From positions 111,775 through 175,774 of the forward strand of contig OMZQ01000001.1 in the NCBI GenBank assembly GCA_900315595.1: a DNA stretch of 64,000 nucleotides, in the 5' to 3' direction. Origin of the DNA: an uncultured Eubacteriales bacterium (GTDB lineage Bacteria; Bacillota; Clostridia; Oscillospirales; Oscillospiraceae). The notes under the pieces were generated by a model. The model ran no database searches, was not told the DNA's origin, and saw only the letters and a list, made by a program, of their open reading frames with translations. How positions within the stretch are numbered: position 1 is the first letter of the stretch; each line of letters begins with the position of its first letter. A program made the translations under genes and the position numbers. Below, one piece after another: positions 36,926-45,172 of the stretch.

Positions 36926-37678
36926 TCACCTCCCGTCAAATTGGATGATCCGGAGCTTTTCAGCCCGGGTGTACGATTTGAGCTCTGCCTCCCGGCGAAG
37001 CGCCGCGGAGCGGCTCGGCAGCGTCTCGTGATAAACCAGCCGAACCGGAAGACGCGCGCGGGTGTATTTTGCGCCGCGTCCTGCGTTGTGCGCCTGAATG
37101 CGGCGGTCAAGATCCGGGGTGCAGCCGGTATAAAGCGTTCCGTCTGCACATTCCAACAAATAGACGAACCATGGCTGCGAAGGTTCCGACTGCAAAATGC
37201 CCTCGTGGGTCAGAAGCCATTGCTTGCGCTCCAGTCCGCCCGCATAGCCGGTCAGCTTCTTCCCTGCGCCGAGCACGCGGTGACAGGGAACGAGAATGGA
37301 AATGGGATTTCTGCCGACCGCGCCGCCAACCGCCTGCGCGCATGCGGACCGACCCTGCGCGATCAGGCGGGACGCAAGCTCGGCGTAGGTCACGGTCTGA
37401 CCGTATGGGATCTCCAAGAGCAGGTTCCACACCGCGATCTGAAACTCGCTGCCGTACCAGCGGATCTGCGGAAGCTGCTGCGGCTTCCTTCCGTCAAAAT
37501 AGGCGTCCAGCCAGGCTTTGGTCTCTGTAAAGACCGGAAGCTCCGCTTCCTGCGCGTCCTCGGACAGCCCTTCCGCGTCATATTTTTGACCGGCAAACCA
37601 AAGCCCGGTCAGCGCGTCGCCGTCGGAGGCAAGCGTCAGCCTGCCAAGCGGCGATTCATAACGGCTTATGAAGCGCAT
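36926..37678 (-). CDS. Fusion of O6-alkylguanine-DNA alkyltransferase (Ogt/MGMT) and a GIY-YIG nuclease domain
   Basis: 250 aa from ATG 37678, which follows GAGAGGGGAG. Residues 1-165 carry the PCHRV active site and the YGQTVTYAELA HTH. Residues about 170-250 read WFVYLLECADGTLYTGCT...AKYTR...LVYHE...E..LK (GIY-YIG/YhbQ-like). The ORF-track extension to 38110 is Arg-rich junk. Confidence 0.85.
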   Translation of the reverse strand: MRFISRYESPLGRLTLASDGDALTGLWFAGQKYDAEGLSEDAQEAELPVFTETKAWLDAYFDGRKPQQLPQIRWYGSEFQIAVWNLLLEIPYGQTVTYAELASRLIAQGRSACAQAVGGAVGRNPISILVPCHRVLGAGKKLTGYAGGLERKQWLLTHEGILQSEPSQPWFVYLLECADGTLYTGCTPDLDRRIQAHNAGRGAKYTRARLPVRLVYHETLPSRSAALRREAELKSYTRAEKLRIIQFDGR

Positions 37679-37703
37679 TTCCACTCCCCTCTCTTTGCAC
37701 CTG

Positions 37704-37732
37704 ATTATAGCATACTTTTGTTTCATTTTCAA
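37704..37732 (-). promoter_or_regulatory. Near-consensus sigma-70 promoter of the ogt-fusion/glsB/cat/serpin operon
   Basis: Minus strand: TTGAAA (37732-37727), 17-nt spacer, TATAAT (37709-37704), about 25 nt upstream of ATG 37678. Confidence 0.55.
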
Positions 37733-37757
37733 TTCCGTTGCAGAAAAATCATTTTGC

Positions 37758-37786
37758 TTTACGCAATCGACGAAATATGTTATAAT
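37758..37786 (+). promoter_or_regulatory. Extended -10 promoter of the GNAT/thiN/lipoprotein operon
   Basis: TTTACG (37758-37763), 17-nt spacer ending in TGT, TATAAT (37781-37786). Confidence 0.45.
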
Positions 37787-37869
37787 CAGGTCGATGAGAT
37801 CGAAGTCGGTCCGCATACCGGCTTTCGATCGACCGATCCCGCATTCCCAAAGAGAACGGAGGAACCCAG

Positions 37870-38913
37870 ATGATCCTGCAAGAACGCGAGCTGACAATCC
37901 GAAGCGCCGTACCGGACGACGCGGAAATCCTGACTGCATGGTGGAACGACGGCGCTGTGATGGCGCACGCGGGCTTTCCAAACGGCCTCGGCACGACGGC
38001 GGAACGGGTGCGCGCACAGATCCGGCGGAACGAGCCCGACGTAAGCGAGCTGCTGACCGTTCTTTGCGACGGCGTTCCGATCGGGGAAATGAATTACCGT
38101 TCCGAATCAAAGGCTTTTGCGGAGATCGGGATCAAGCTCTGCGTTTCCTCGATGCAAAACCGGGGTCTGGGAAAGCGCCTGCTGGCCCTGCTGCTGGAGC
38201 ATCTGTTTGAACTGGGCTTCCGGACAATCCGCCTGGACACGAATCCGAACAACCTTCGCGCCATGCACGTTTACGAAACGCTCGGCTTCCGCCGCCTCGG
38301 CATCCGCGTCGATTCCTGGACCGATCAGCTCGGACGGCTGCAGTCCGCCGTGGATTACGAGCTCCGCCCGGAGGACCTGAAGCCCTGGCTGAACCGGAAC
38401 AAACCGATCAACACTCCGCGGCTTCTGCTGGCAAAGGGCCGTCCCGGCGACTGGAGGGATCTGTACGAAAACGTCTGGTCGCATCCGGAAACCGCACGGT
38501 ATATGTACTGGTCGGTGACGGAGGATCCCGCCGATGCGCCGGCGCGGATGCAGCGAACGATCGGCTTCCAGGCGGCGCACGACGGCTGGTGCGTCTATGA
38601 AAAGCAGAGCGGTCAGGCCATCGGCTTTGCAAATCTGGATCAGGTCGATGCGCAGACCTGCGAGGAGGGTGGGATCGCCCTCGGCCCGCGCTTCGTTGGA
38701 AAGGGCTATGGAACCGAGATCTTGCAGGCTCTGCTTGATCGGGCGCGGCTCATCTACGGCGCGAAGCGATTCCGCTGCTCCGCACGGGAACAAAACGCGG
38801 CCTCCCGCAGACTGATCGAATCGTTTGGATTTTTGCAGTCCGACGCGCAGACCAAGACTGACGAACGGGACGGCAGCGTATATCAGAAAATCATCTATGA
38901 AAAAGAGCTTTGA
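37870..38913 (+). CDS. Tandem-GNAT N-acetyltransferase (two RimJ/RimL-like domains)
   Basis: 347 aa with a GGAGGAAC RBS. Two acetyl-CoA loops (QNRGLGKRLL and VGKGYGTEIL), each followed by an N..A...YE..GF motif. Confidence 0.75.
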   Translation: MILQERELTIRSAVPDDAEILTAWWNDGAVMAHAGFPNGLGTTAERVRAQIRRNEPDVSELLTVLCDGVPIGEMNYRSESKAFAEIGIKLCVSSMQNRGLGKRLLALLLEHLFELGFRTIRLDTNPNNLRAMHVYETLGFRRLGIRVDSWTDQLGRLQSAVDYELRPEDLKPWLNRNKPINTPRLLLAKGRPGDWRDLYENVWSHPETARYMYWSVTEDPADAPARMQRTIGFQAAHDGWCVYEKQSGQAIGFANLDQVDAQTCEEGGIALGPRFVGKGYGTEILQALLDRARLIYGAKRFRCSAREQNAASRRLIESFGFLQSDAQTKTDERDGSVYQKIIYEKEL

Positions 38914-38923
38914 GAGGAAAACG

Positions 38924-39565
38924 ATGGAAAATAACCAGGCTCGCCGCTGTGTGATCGTCGGCGGCGCAACAATCGAACGCTATGACGTCATACGCGCCTA
39001 TCTGCGCGATACGGATTTCTTTATCTTCTGCGACAGCGGCCTGCGGCACCGCGACGCGCTTGGCGTCCGGCCCGATCTGATCATCGGAGACTTTGACTCC
39101 CATGAGAATCCCCATTCCGGCGAGGAGACCATCGTCCTTCCGACGGTCAAGGACGACACCGACACAGCCTTTGCGGTCAAGGAGGCCGTTCGCCGCGATT
39201 TTTCCGACTTCCTGCTGATCGGGGTGATCGGCAACCGGCTGGATCACACGCTTGGGAACGTTCAGCTCCTGTATCTGCTGGACGGGCTGGGCAAGCACGC
39301 GCTTGCAGTGGACGACTACTCGGAGCTGGAGGTCGTTTCGACTCGCCCGGCAGAGGTTTCGGATTCTTTCCTGTACTTTTCCCTGCTGAATCTTTCCGGG
39401 CTCGCAAAAGGGGTCGAGATTCAGAACGCAAAATACGAGCTTTGCGGCGCGGAAATACCATGTGACGATCCCTACGCCGTCAGCAATGAGCCGCTGCGCG
39501 GGAAGACCGCGATCATCAAAGTTCGGGAAGGCCGCCTGCTTTTGATTCGGGATCGAAAGGAGTAA
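38924..39565 (+). CDS. thiN: Thiamine diphosphokinase
   Basis: 213 aa from ATG 38924 (GAGAGGA RBS). IIGDFDS, KDDTD and GNRLDHTLGN motifs. The ORF-track start at 38825 lies inside the upstream gene. Confidence 0.85.
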   Translation: MENNQARRCVIVGGATIERYDVIRAYLRDTDFFIFCDSGLRHRDALGVRPDLIIGDFDSHENPHSGEETIVLPTVKDDTDTAFAVKEAVRRDFSDFLLIGVIGNRLDHTLGNVQLLYLLDGLGKHALAVDDYSELEVVSTRPAEVSDSFLYFSLLNLSGLAKGVEIQNAKYELCGAEIPCDDPYAVSNEPLRGKTAIIKVREGRLLLIRDRKE

Positions 39566-39571
39566 ACAGTC

Positions 39572-40738
39572 ATGAGAAAGACCTTCCGACAAATCCTGCT
39601 GTGCCTGCTTTTGTGCGCCGGTCTGCTTGCGGGCTGTACGACCGTCGGGCAGATCGAACCGACCGCGACCGTGCCTGTCCTGACGACGCCCGCCGCCGCG
39701 CCGACCCAAACGATGCCGGTCGAAGCAACGGTTCCCGCCTCAGGCATCGAGCTGGAGACGAACGAGGCCGGAAAGACGATCGTCCGCGTTCCCGGCCCGG
39801 TTGACGAGCGGCCGGCTTTTCCCTTTGAATTCAATCCCTGCGTCTGCTCCGCCATCTGTAAGCTCTGCCTGGGCGACGAGGTCGAAGCCGAGCTCAACGC
39901 CTATTGCGACGCTGTGCTGGCCGGAGCGGACTTCTTCCCCTGCTCCGGGGCGGACAACTGGGCACGGGTCAACGCGGCAAAGGCGGAGGCTCTGCCGATC
40001 AGCATCTTCGTCGATCTGGGCGAGAGCTTCGATGAATCGCTCTTGACCGACGGGCAGTATCCGATCCGCTACACGGTCCCCAAAGCGGAGTTTTCGCAGA
40101 TCACGGCGGAATTTCAGACCCAGGTCGCCGTTTTGATCGACGCAGCCGATCTGCGCGAGGGAGATACCGATCTCGAACGCGCGCTGAAGCTCTATACCTC
40201 CGAAAGTCTGCGCTGCGTCTATGACTACAAGACCGAAGAAGACTTCACGATCCGGGGCTACAAATCCAACGCCTACCACGTGATCATGGAGGACAAGGGC
40301 ATTTGTCAGGAATTTGCACGCGCCTATGCCTATCTGCTCCAGCAGGTCGGCGTGGAGGCCTCGACCTGCGGCTCGCAGATGGTCCAGGACATCGGCCCGC
40401 ACGAGTGGACGGTGATCCTGCTCGACGGCGTCTGGTACCATGCAGACGTGACCTGGCAGCTCAACGAGCCTTACGCTCTGACCTTCTTCGGCGGCACGGA
40501 CGAGGAGCGGTACTACCACGGCGTCCTGCTGGAATACAACGACTTCGGCAATTACGGCGTGCTCGACAGCGAGGCGTTTCCGATCAGCGATCTCCGGTTC
40601 GAGCCGCTTGAATCCGCAAAATGGTATCGGATCGACCATGAGACGCAAACGCTGTACTATTACGACGACCCGGACTTTATCCTCAACGATCCGGGGAGCT
40701 ATTCAGCAGAGCCCAAGCAATTTGATCTCAAGCCGTGA
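39572..40738 (+). CDS. Lipoprotein with C-terminal transglutaminase-like cysteine protease core
   Basis: 388 aa. Signal peptide with lipobox LLAGC. Cys-His-Asp arrangement GICQEFA ... PHEWTVI ... WYHADV. Confidence 0.7.
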   Translation: MRKTFRQILLCLLLCAGLLAGCTTVGQIEPTATVPVLTTPAAAPTQTMPVEATVPASGIELETNEAGKTIVRVPGPVDERPAFPFEFNPCVCSAICKLCLGDEVEAELNAYCDAVLAGADFFPCSGADNWARVNAAKAEALPISIFVDLGESFDESLLTDGQYPIRYTVPKAEFSQITAEFQTQVAVLIDAADLREGDTDLERALKLYTSESLRCVYDYKTEEDFTIRGYKSNAYHVIMEDKGICQEFARAYAYLLQQVGVEASTCGSQMVQDIGPHEWTVILLDGVWYHADVTWQLNEPYALTFFGGTDEERYYHGVLLEYNDFGNYGVLDSEAFPISDLRFEPLESAKWYRIDHETQTLYYYDDPDFILNDPGSYSAEPKQFDLKP

Positions 40739-41004
40739 AAGAATCCGGGCAAGAGGAGACCTAAGTCGCGAGGGGCGGGAGGCATACGACTATGAAATAA
40801 GCCGGGAACTCTACGACCGGCTGGGCAGCTTTCGGGACGACTGTGAAAATGAGAGACTGATCCGTACTGGCAAACGCGCCTATTCCTTTGAAAACACCAT
40901 GTACGGCACCCTCGGCCCGGAGCGGATCGTCTGGGATGAAGAAGCCAACGAAGCCATGCGCAAAGCGGTACAAAAGCAGAAAAAGAAATAAAAACGGAAA
41001 TGAA

Positions 41005-41040
41005 CCCCTCGCCGCAGGCAATTCAACCCGCGGCGAGGGG
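41005..41040 (+). terminator. Rho-independent terminator of the plus-strand operon
   Basis: CCCCTCGCCGC-N14-GCGGCGAGGGG followed by TATTATT. Confidence 0.5.
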
Positions 41041-41134
41041 TATTATTCGTTCAGGAAATGATTCCATTTACGATATACAGATATTTCCTTGCAATCATGT
41101 CGTGGAGAGGAGTTTACCCTCCCCTCTAAGAATC

Positions 41135-42505
41135 CTATTCTGTTTTCTTTCCTTCGATGCCATAAAGAGTAAGACCGCCGTCGATGAAAACCATATCGCT
41201 GGTGTCGGTCTTGAGAGCAAAGGTCTTTTCCCCGAGAGGAAAAAGCTTTACTTCAGGCTCTTCTTTATCCTTCAGGCTGAAAATCGCGAACAGACCGTTG
41301 TCCTTCAATTGTATATCGATCTTGTAGTCTTCCCATTCGTAACTGCCGCAGAAACTGCTCCAGTTACTCCTGTCGGGGTTTTGGAGTGCCATCTCTTCGA
41401 CCGTTTTTAGCGGCTCGGGCTCTTTGCCCCTGACGATCGCTTCCATGCCTTCTCTGAATCCCCTATATGCTCTGGCATCCATGGAATCGCGGCAGTTTAG
41501 AATCACGAGCATTTTGTCCGCATCGACAAAGCGTTCAAACCAGGTTCTAAGCCCCGGCATGCCGCCGCTGTGGCAGACAATCAATCCATCCTTTGGGTCA
41601 GTCTGTATTCCCCAGCCTAGTCCATAGTTTGTCTTTCCGATAATTTCATCGTCAACTGCCGGTTCTCCGTTCGATAGCCTGGCAGGAGCGTACATGATTG
41701 CCTGTTCTTCTTTCGTAAGGACCGTTTCTTCCCGCAGCGCTCTGTCCCAGGCAAGCATGTCGAAGACGGTTGTGTACGCATAATCGCAGCCGTTCAGACC
41801 GTCAGATCCGACCACGTATCCTCTGTCTTCTTCCGAGATATCCGAAGGAACATATCTGCCGTTCTCCAGGACCATATTGCGGGTGAAGCGGTCGGATGGC
41901 CTCCCGTCCCGGCGGGTGTGGAGGATCGCGGTATCCTTCATACCGGCGGGCTCGAAGAGATTCTTTTTGAGGAAGTCTTCAAACCTGATGCCGGAGACTT
42001 TTTCCACCGCATTGGCGATCAAGCAGTATCCGACGTCCGTGTACCGGAACTTTTCACCTGGAGCACAGGCAGCCGGCTTACTGCTTTCGCAGATGAAGCG
42101 CAGGATCTCGCTGCACGCCGGGATCCTGTTTTCCTTTTCCAGAACCGGGACGACCCAATCTGAGGTGTAGAAATCATCGGGCATACCGCTTGTATGGGTC
42201 AGAAGATGGCGGATCGTCACGCCTTGATACGGATATTCAGGAAAGAACTTCGTATACTCGTCGTCAAGGCGGAGTTTGCCTTCTCTGACAAGGAGCATGA
42301 CCGCTGCTGCCGTAAACTGCTTGGTGATTGAGGCCATCTCAAAGATGCTGTCCTCCTGCATGGGGAGTTTGTCTTCCGCATCACGAAAACCGAATGCGCC
42401 TTTGCTGATGATTTGCCCGTTCTCTGCGTAGAGCCAGGTGCCGTTGAATACGCCCTTTTCGTGCGCCTCGCGGGCAAGGTTTTCCATGGCTGTCTTTTTA
42501 TCCAT
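41135..42505 (-). CDS. Serine hydrolase of the beta-lactamase / class C PBP-like family
   Basis: 456 aa. SxxK motif SITKQF and HLLTHTSG. Extra C-terminal beta-rich domain. Gene is visibly AT-richer than its surroundings. Confidence 0.8.
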   Translation of the reverse strand: MDKKTAMENLAREAHEKGVFNGTWLYAENGQIISKGAFGFRDAEDKLPMQEDSIFEMASITKQFTAAAVMLLVREGKLRLDDEYTKFFPEYPYQGVTIRHLLTHTSGMPDDFYTSDWVVPVLEKENRIPACSEILRFICESSKPAACAPGEKFRYTDVGYCLIANAVEKVSGIRFEDFLKKNLFEPAGMKDTAILHTRRDGRPSDRFTRNMVLENGRYVPSDISEEDRGYVVGSDGLNGCDYAYTTVFDMLAWDRALREETVLTKEEQAIMYAPARLSNGEPAVDDEIIGKTNYGLGWGIQTDPKDGLIVCHSGGMPGLRTWFERFVDADKMLVILNCRDSMDARAYRGFREGMEAIVRGKEPEPLKTVEEMALQNPDRSNWSSFCGSYEWEDYKIDIQLKDNGLFAIFSLKDKEEPEVKLFPLGEKTFALKTDTSDMVFIDGGLTLYGIEGKKTE

Positions 42506-42518
42506 AATTATATTCTCC

Positions 42519-43007
42519 TCACAGCTTCAGAACGGCATCGATGTCGCCGTCTTTGTCTTCTCCTATCTCCTCAAAGCCGAAGGAAAGGTATAACTTTCTC
42601 GCCACTGTATTCTCTCGGTCATAACAGATCCAGCAGTAGTCTGCTTTTCCGTGCGGAAAAGTCCTGATATAATCCAGCGCGAGTCTGACAGCCTCACGTC
42701 CATAACCTTTTCCCTGAAACTCCTCATCAATCATCAGGCGCCAAAAGAAGTAATTGTCTTTTGATATCTCAGGTGCATTTTCGTCGTCGCAAACCTCTCC
42801 ATAGTCATAGGCGAGCATCAGAAAGCCGACCGGCGTGTCGTCGTCATAGATTCCGAACGGATATACGGCCCCATTGGTCTTGTTTCCGACGTAAGCATGA
42901 ACGAGACTCCATACGTTGCTCGCGAGAAAGCGCTCCTGTTCCTCCTTTACGCTCAGTTCCATGATATCCCATACGTTATATTTGTTTAGTTCTTCCAGAT
43001 GAACCAT
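42519..43007 (-). CDS. GNAT N-acetyltransferase (diamine/spermidine acetyltransferase-like)
   Basis: 162 aa with a GGAGGG RBS. QGKGYGREAV acetyl-CoA loop and ARKLYLSFGF. AT-richer composition. Confidence 0.8.
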   Translation of the reverse strand: MVHLEELNKYNVWDIMELSVKEEQERFLASNVWSLVHAYVGNKTNGAVYPFGIYDDDTPVGFLMLAYDYGEVCDDENAPEISKDNYFFWRLMIDEEFQGKGYGREAVRLALDYIRTFPHGKADYCWICYDRENTVARKLYLSFGFEEIGEDKDGDIDAVLKL

Positions 43008-43072
43008 GGCAATCCCTCCAAAAACATCGATTTGTCAGAGCAATAATACCATGTTTCTGCAAAGAAAACAAG

Positions 43073-43102
43073 TTATTACAAGAGATTTTTTGTATCTGTC
43101 AA
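43073..43102 (-). promoter_or_regulatory. Sigma-70 promoter of the GNAT/serine hydrolase pair
   Basis: Minus strand: TTGACA (43102-43097), 18-nt spacer, TAATAA (43078-43073). Confidence 0.45.
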
Positions 43103-43370
43103 ATATTGGAATACAGTAATCAAAGAGAAGGAATTCGCCTGGGGGAAGGCGGTAAGGCGCACAAAAAACGCTGTAAAATTAGCCTCGGAAAGCGAAATCC
43201 GCATCCTCTTTGCCGGTCTTTTCTCCGTTGTTTCCGTGTCGGCGTTTCCGCTAAGTAGTCAGGAATGTGGTCAGACGGTTTTTCGGAGTTGATTTCGCAT
43301 GGGTAAGCACACGTCGGTTCAGCCACGGAACACGGCGATGTTCGGGACAGGCGGGATTCTCCCGCGGGCT

Positions 43371-43395
43371 AAAAACGTGCCACCGGCACGTTTTT
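43371..43395. terminator. Bidirectional terminator-like hairpin in the noncoding stretch
   Basis: AAAAACGTGCC-ACC-GGCACGTTTTT. A/T runs on both flanks make it a terminator in either orientation. Confidence 0.5.
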
Positions 43396-43447
43396 GCGGC
43401 ATCCTGCCGCCGCCCTGTTCGAATCCCGCCGCTCAAATACGATACCA

Positions 43448-43485
43448 AAGAGAAAGAGGACGCCAAGACGCGTCCTCTTTCTCTT
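43448..43485 (-). terminator. Hairpin immediately 3' of tRNA-Pro
   Basis: Perfect 16-bp stem AAGAGAAAGAGGACGC / GCGTCCTCTTTCTCTT with a 6-nt loop, starting at the nucleotide after the encoded CCA. Confidence 0.55.
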
Positions 43486-43562
43486 TGGTCGGAGTGGCGG
43501 GATTCGAACCCACGGCCTCTTGGACCCGAACCAAGCGCGATACCAAACTTCGCCACACCCCG
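43486..43562 (-). tRNA. tRNA-Pro (anticodon CGG), CCA encoded
   Basis: Folded by hand from CGGGGTGTGGCGAAGTTTGGTATCGCGCTTGGTTCGGGTCCAAGAGGCCGTGGGTTCGAATCCCGCCACTCCGACCA. Acceptor 7 bp, D stem GCGA/TCGC, anticodon stem CTTGG/CCAAG, loop TTCGGGT, T arm GTGGG-TTCGAAT-CCCGC. 77 nt. Confidence 0.95.
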
Positions 43563-43651
43563 GAGCGATGATTATTATAGCGGGATGCGCATGAAAAGTC
43601 AAGTATTATTTTCTGAAAAGCCGTTGATCCTTTTCTGAAATTCGCTCGGTC

Positions 43652-45151
43652 TCAGTTTTTCCGGAAATGCTTGTACTGCTTTGCGTAGAAGGCGACGCCC
43701 ATCGCCGTCCAGACGGCGAGCATGATGTAGCTCTCCTTGCCGAAGTGGACGCCCTCCAGACCGGGGATCGGGATGAGCTGGAGCACCATAAAGGCCAGGG
43801 AGAAAACCACGCCGACGACAGCCATGATCTTCAGGAAACGGGAGGCGTCGCCGTCGCGGCGGGCCGTGATCAGGGTACTGGCACAGGTGAAGAAATAGCC
43901 GATGGATGCGCCGATGGCACTCATATCCACAAACCAGCCGAGCGCTTCTCTGCCGAGGATCGGCCCGGAGAGGCTGACGGCAATGCAGAAGACGATCGCG
44001 TTGCGGGGCGTGGAATACTTGCGGTTGACCTTCCCGAACCAGGCGGGCAGATACCCGTCTCGGCTCATGGAGTACATCAAACGGGAGGAGGCCAGATAGA
44101 AGCCCATGATGCCGGAGAGGACCGCGCAGGAAACGCCGAGACCGATCAGCACCTTACCGAAGCTGCCAAGCAGCTCCTCGGCTGCTACCAGAACGACCCA
44201 CTCCCCTGCCATCACGCGGTCCGGCCAGTTTGCCAGGGCTGCGGCGGCAACGGTATTATTGGAAACGTAAACGAAGCAGCCGAACACAATGGCGATGATC
44301 ATGATGAAGGAGACTTTTTTGAAGGAGAAGTTAAACTCCTCGGCAGCCTGGGGAATGGCGTCAAAGCCAACGTAGGCCCAGGGCGCAATGGCGAACGTCG
44401 CCAGGATGGCGGAAAGGACGCCGGAGGTGCCTGCGTGGGCGGTTTTGGCGATGCCCTGCCCGATCTGATCCGCCTTGATCCCGGCATTGACGGCTGCCTT
44501 CGCCAGCTCCTTATCATAGTCGAAGCCCCAGATCGGCGTGAAGTTGACGCTCTTTGCCTTGGCGCTGATCAGAGCGGAGAAGAAGAGCGTAAAGACGCAG
44601 ATTACGAGCAGAACGGAGAGAACCGTCTGCACGATGCCCGCCTTGCGGACGCCGATGATATTCAGCCAACCGAACAGAAGCAGGATCGCCATCGCCGGCA
44701 GCATCTGCCCGAGGTAAATCTCGTTTCCGGCAATCGTATAGTGGAAGCCGAAGTTCAGAATACCCTTATGATCGGTCAGGCCGTCGATGATCAGCGCGAT
44801 CGCCGTGCTGTTCATCGGAACATTGGTCAGATACGCGGAGACGAGGAACCAGCCGCAGAGAAAGGCCATGCGCTTTCCGAAGCACATTCTGGTGAACGTA
44901 AATTCGCCGCCGGCCTTCGGATACTTGGGAACCATGTAAGCGTAGGAGAATGCTATGATGATCATGACGGCAGCGCCGAGGATCATCGCGATCGCGGTTC
45001 CGGCCACACCGGAATTGGACAGGAACTTCTTGCCGGGGTTAATGAACGAGCCCCACCCGATCACGCAGCCAAATGCAATTGCCCAAACGTGCATCGGGTT
45101 GAGCTGGCGCTTGAGGCCGGTATTGGATTCAGACGCCGATTTCTTGCTCAT
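43652..45151 (-). CDS. APC-superfamily amino acid/amine permease
   Basis: 499 aa, 12-TM profile. N-terminal AIAFGCVIGWGSF and KYPKAGGEFTF motifs of APC transporters. Confidence 0.85.
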   Translation of the reverse strand: MSKKSASESNTGLKRQLNPMHVWAIAFGCVIGWGSFINPGKKFLSNSGVAGTAIAMILGAAVMIIIAFSYAYMVPKYPKAGGEFTFTRMCFGKRMAFLCGWFLVSAYLTNVPMNSTAIALIIDGLTDHKGILNFGFHYTIAGNEIYLGQMLPAMAILLLFGWLNIIGVRKAGIVQTVLSVLLVICVFTLFFSALISAKAKSVNFTPIWGFDYDKELAKAAVNAGIKADQIGQGIAKTAHAGTSGVLSAILATFAIAPWAYVGFDAIPQAAEEFNFSFKKVSFIMIIAIVFGCFVYVSNNTVAAAALANWPDRVMAGEWVVLVAAEELLGSFGKVLIGLGVSCAVLSGIMGFYLASSRLMYSMSRDGYLPAWFGKVNRKYSTPRNAIVFCIAVSLSGPILGREALGWFVDMSAIGASIGYFFTCASTLITARRDGDASRFLKIMAVVGVVFSLAFMVLQLIPIPGLEGVHFGKESYIMLAVWTAMGVAFYAKQYKHFRKN

Positions 45152-45172
45152 ATCCTTTCAATCCTCTCTAAT

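Noticed and set aside
41135-42505. True beta-lactamase
   Set aside because: Only the SxxK serine-hydrolase scaffold is visible. This family includes esterases, DD-peptidases and amidases, so no resistance claim is made.
43250-43440. Possible tmRNA or second tRNA, suggested by GGGATTCGAACAGGG (minus) and GTTCGAATCCCGCC (plus)
   Set aside because: No acceptor stem or CCA end is present. The 5' side of the would-be T stem does not pair. No tag-like reading frame ending in hydrophobic Ala-Ala exists. Only a 14-nt T-arm-like fragment is supported.
41000-43562. Integrative mobile element at tRNA-Pro
   Set aside because: There is no integrase, excisionase, transposase or detectable direct repeat of the tRNA 3' end. 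Only the compositional shift and location are reported as a finding.
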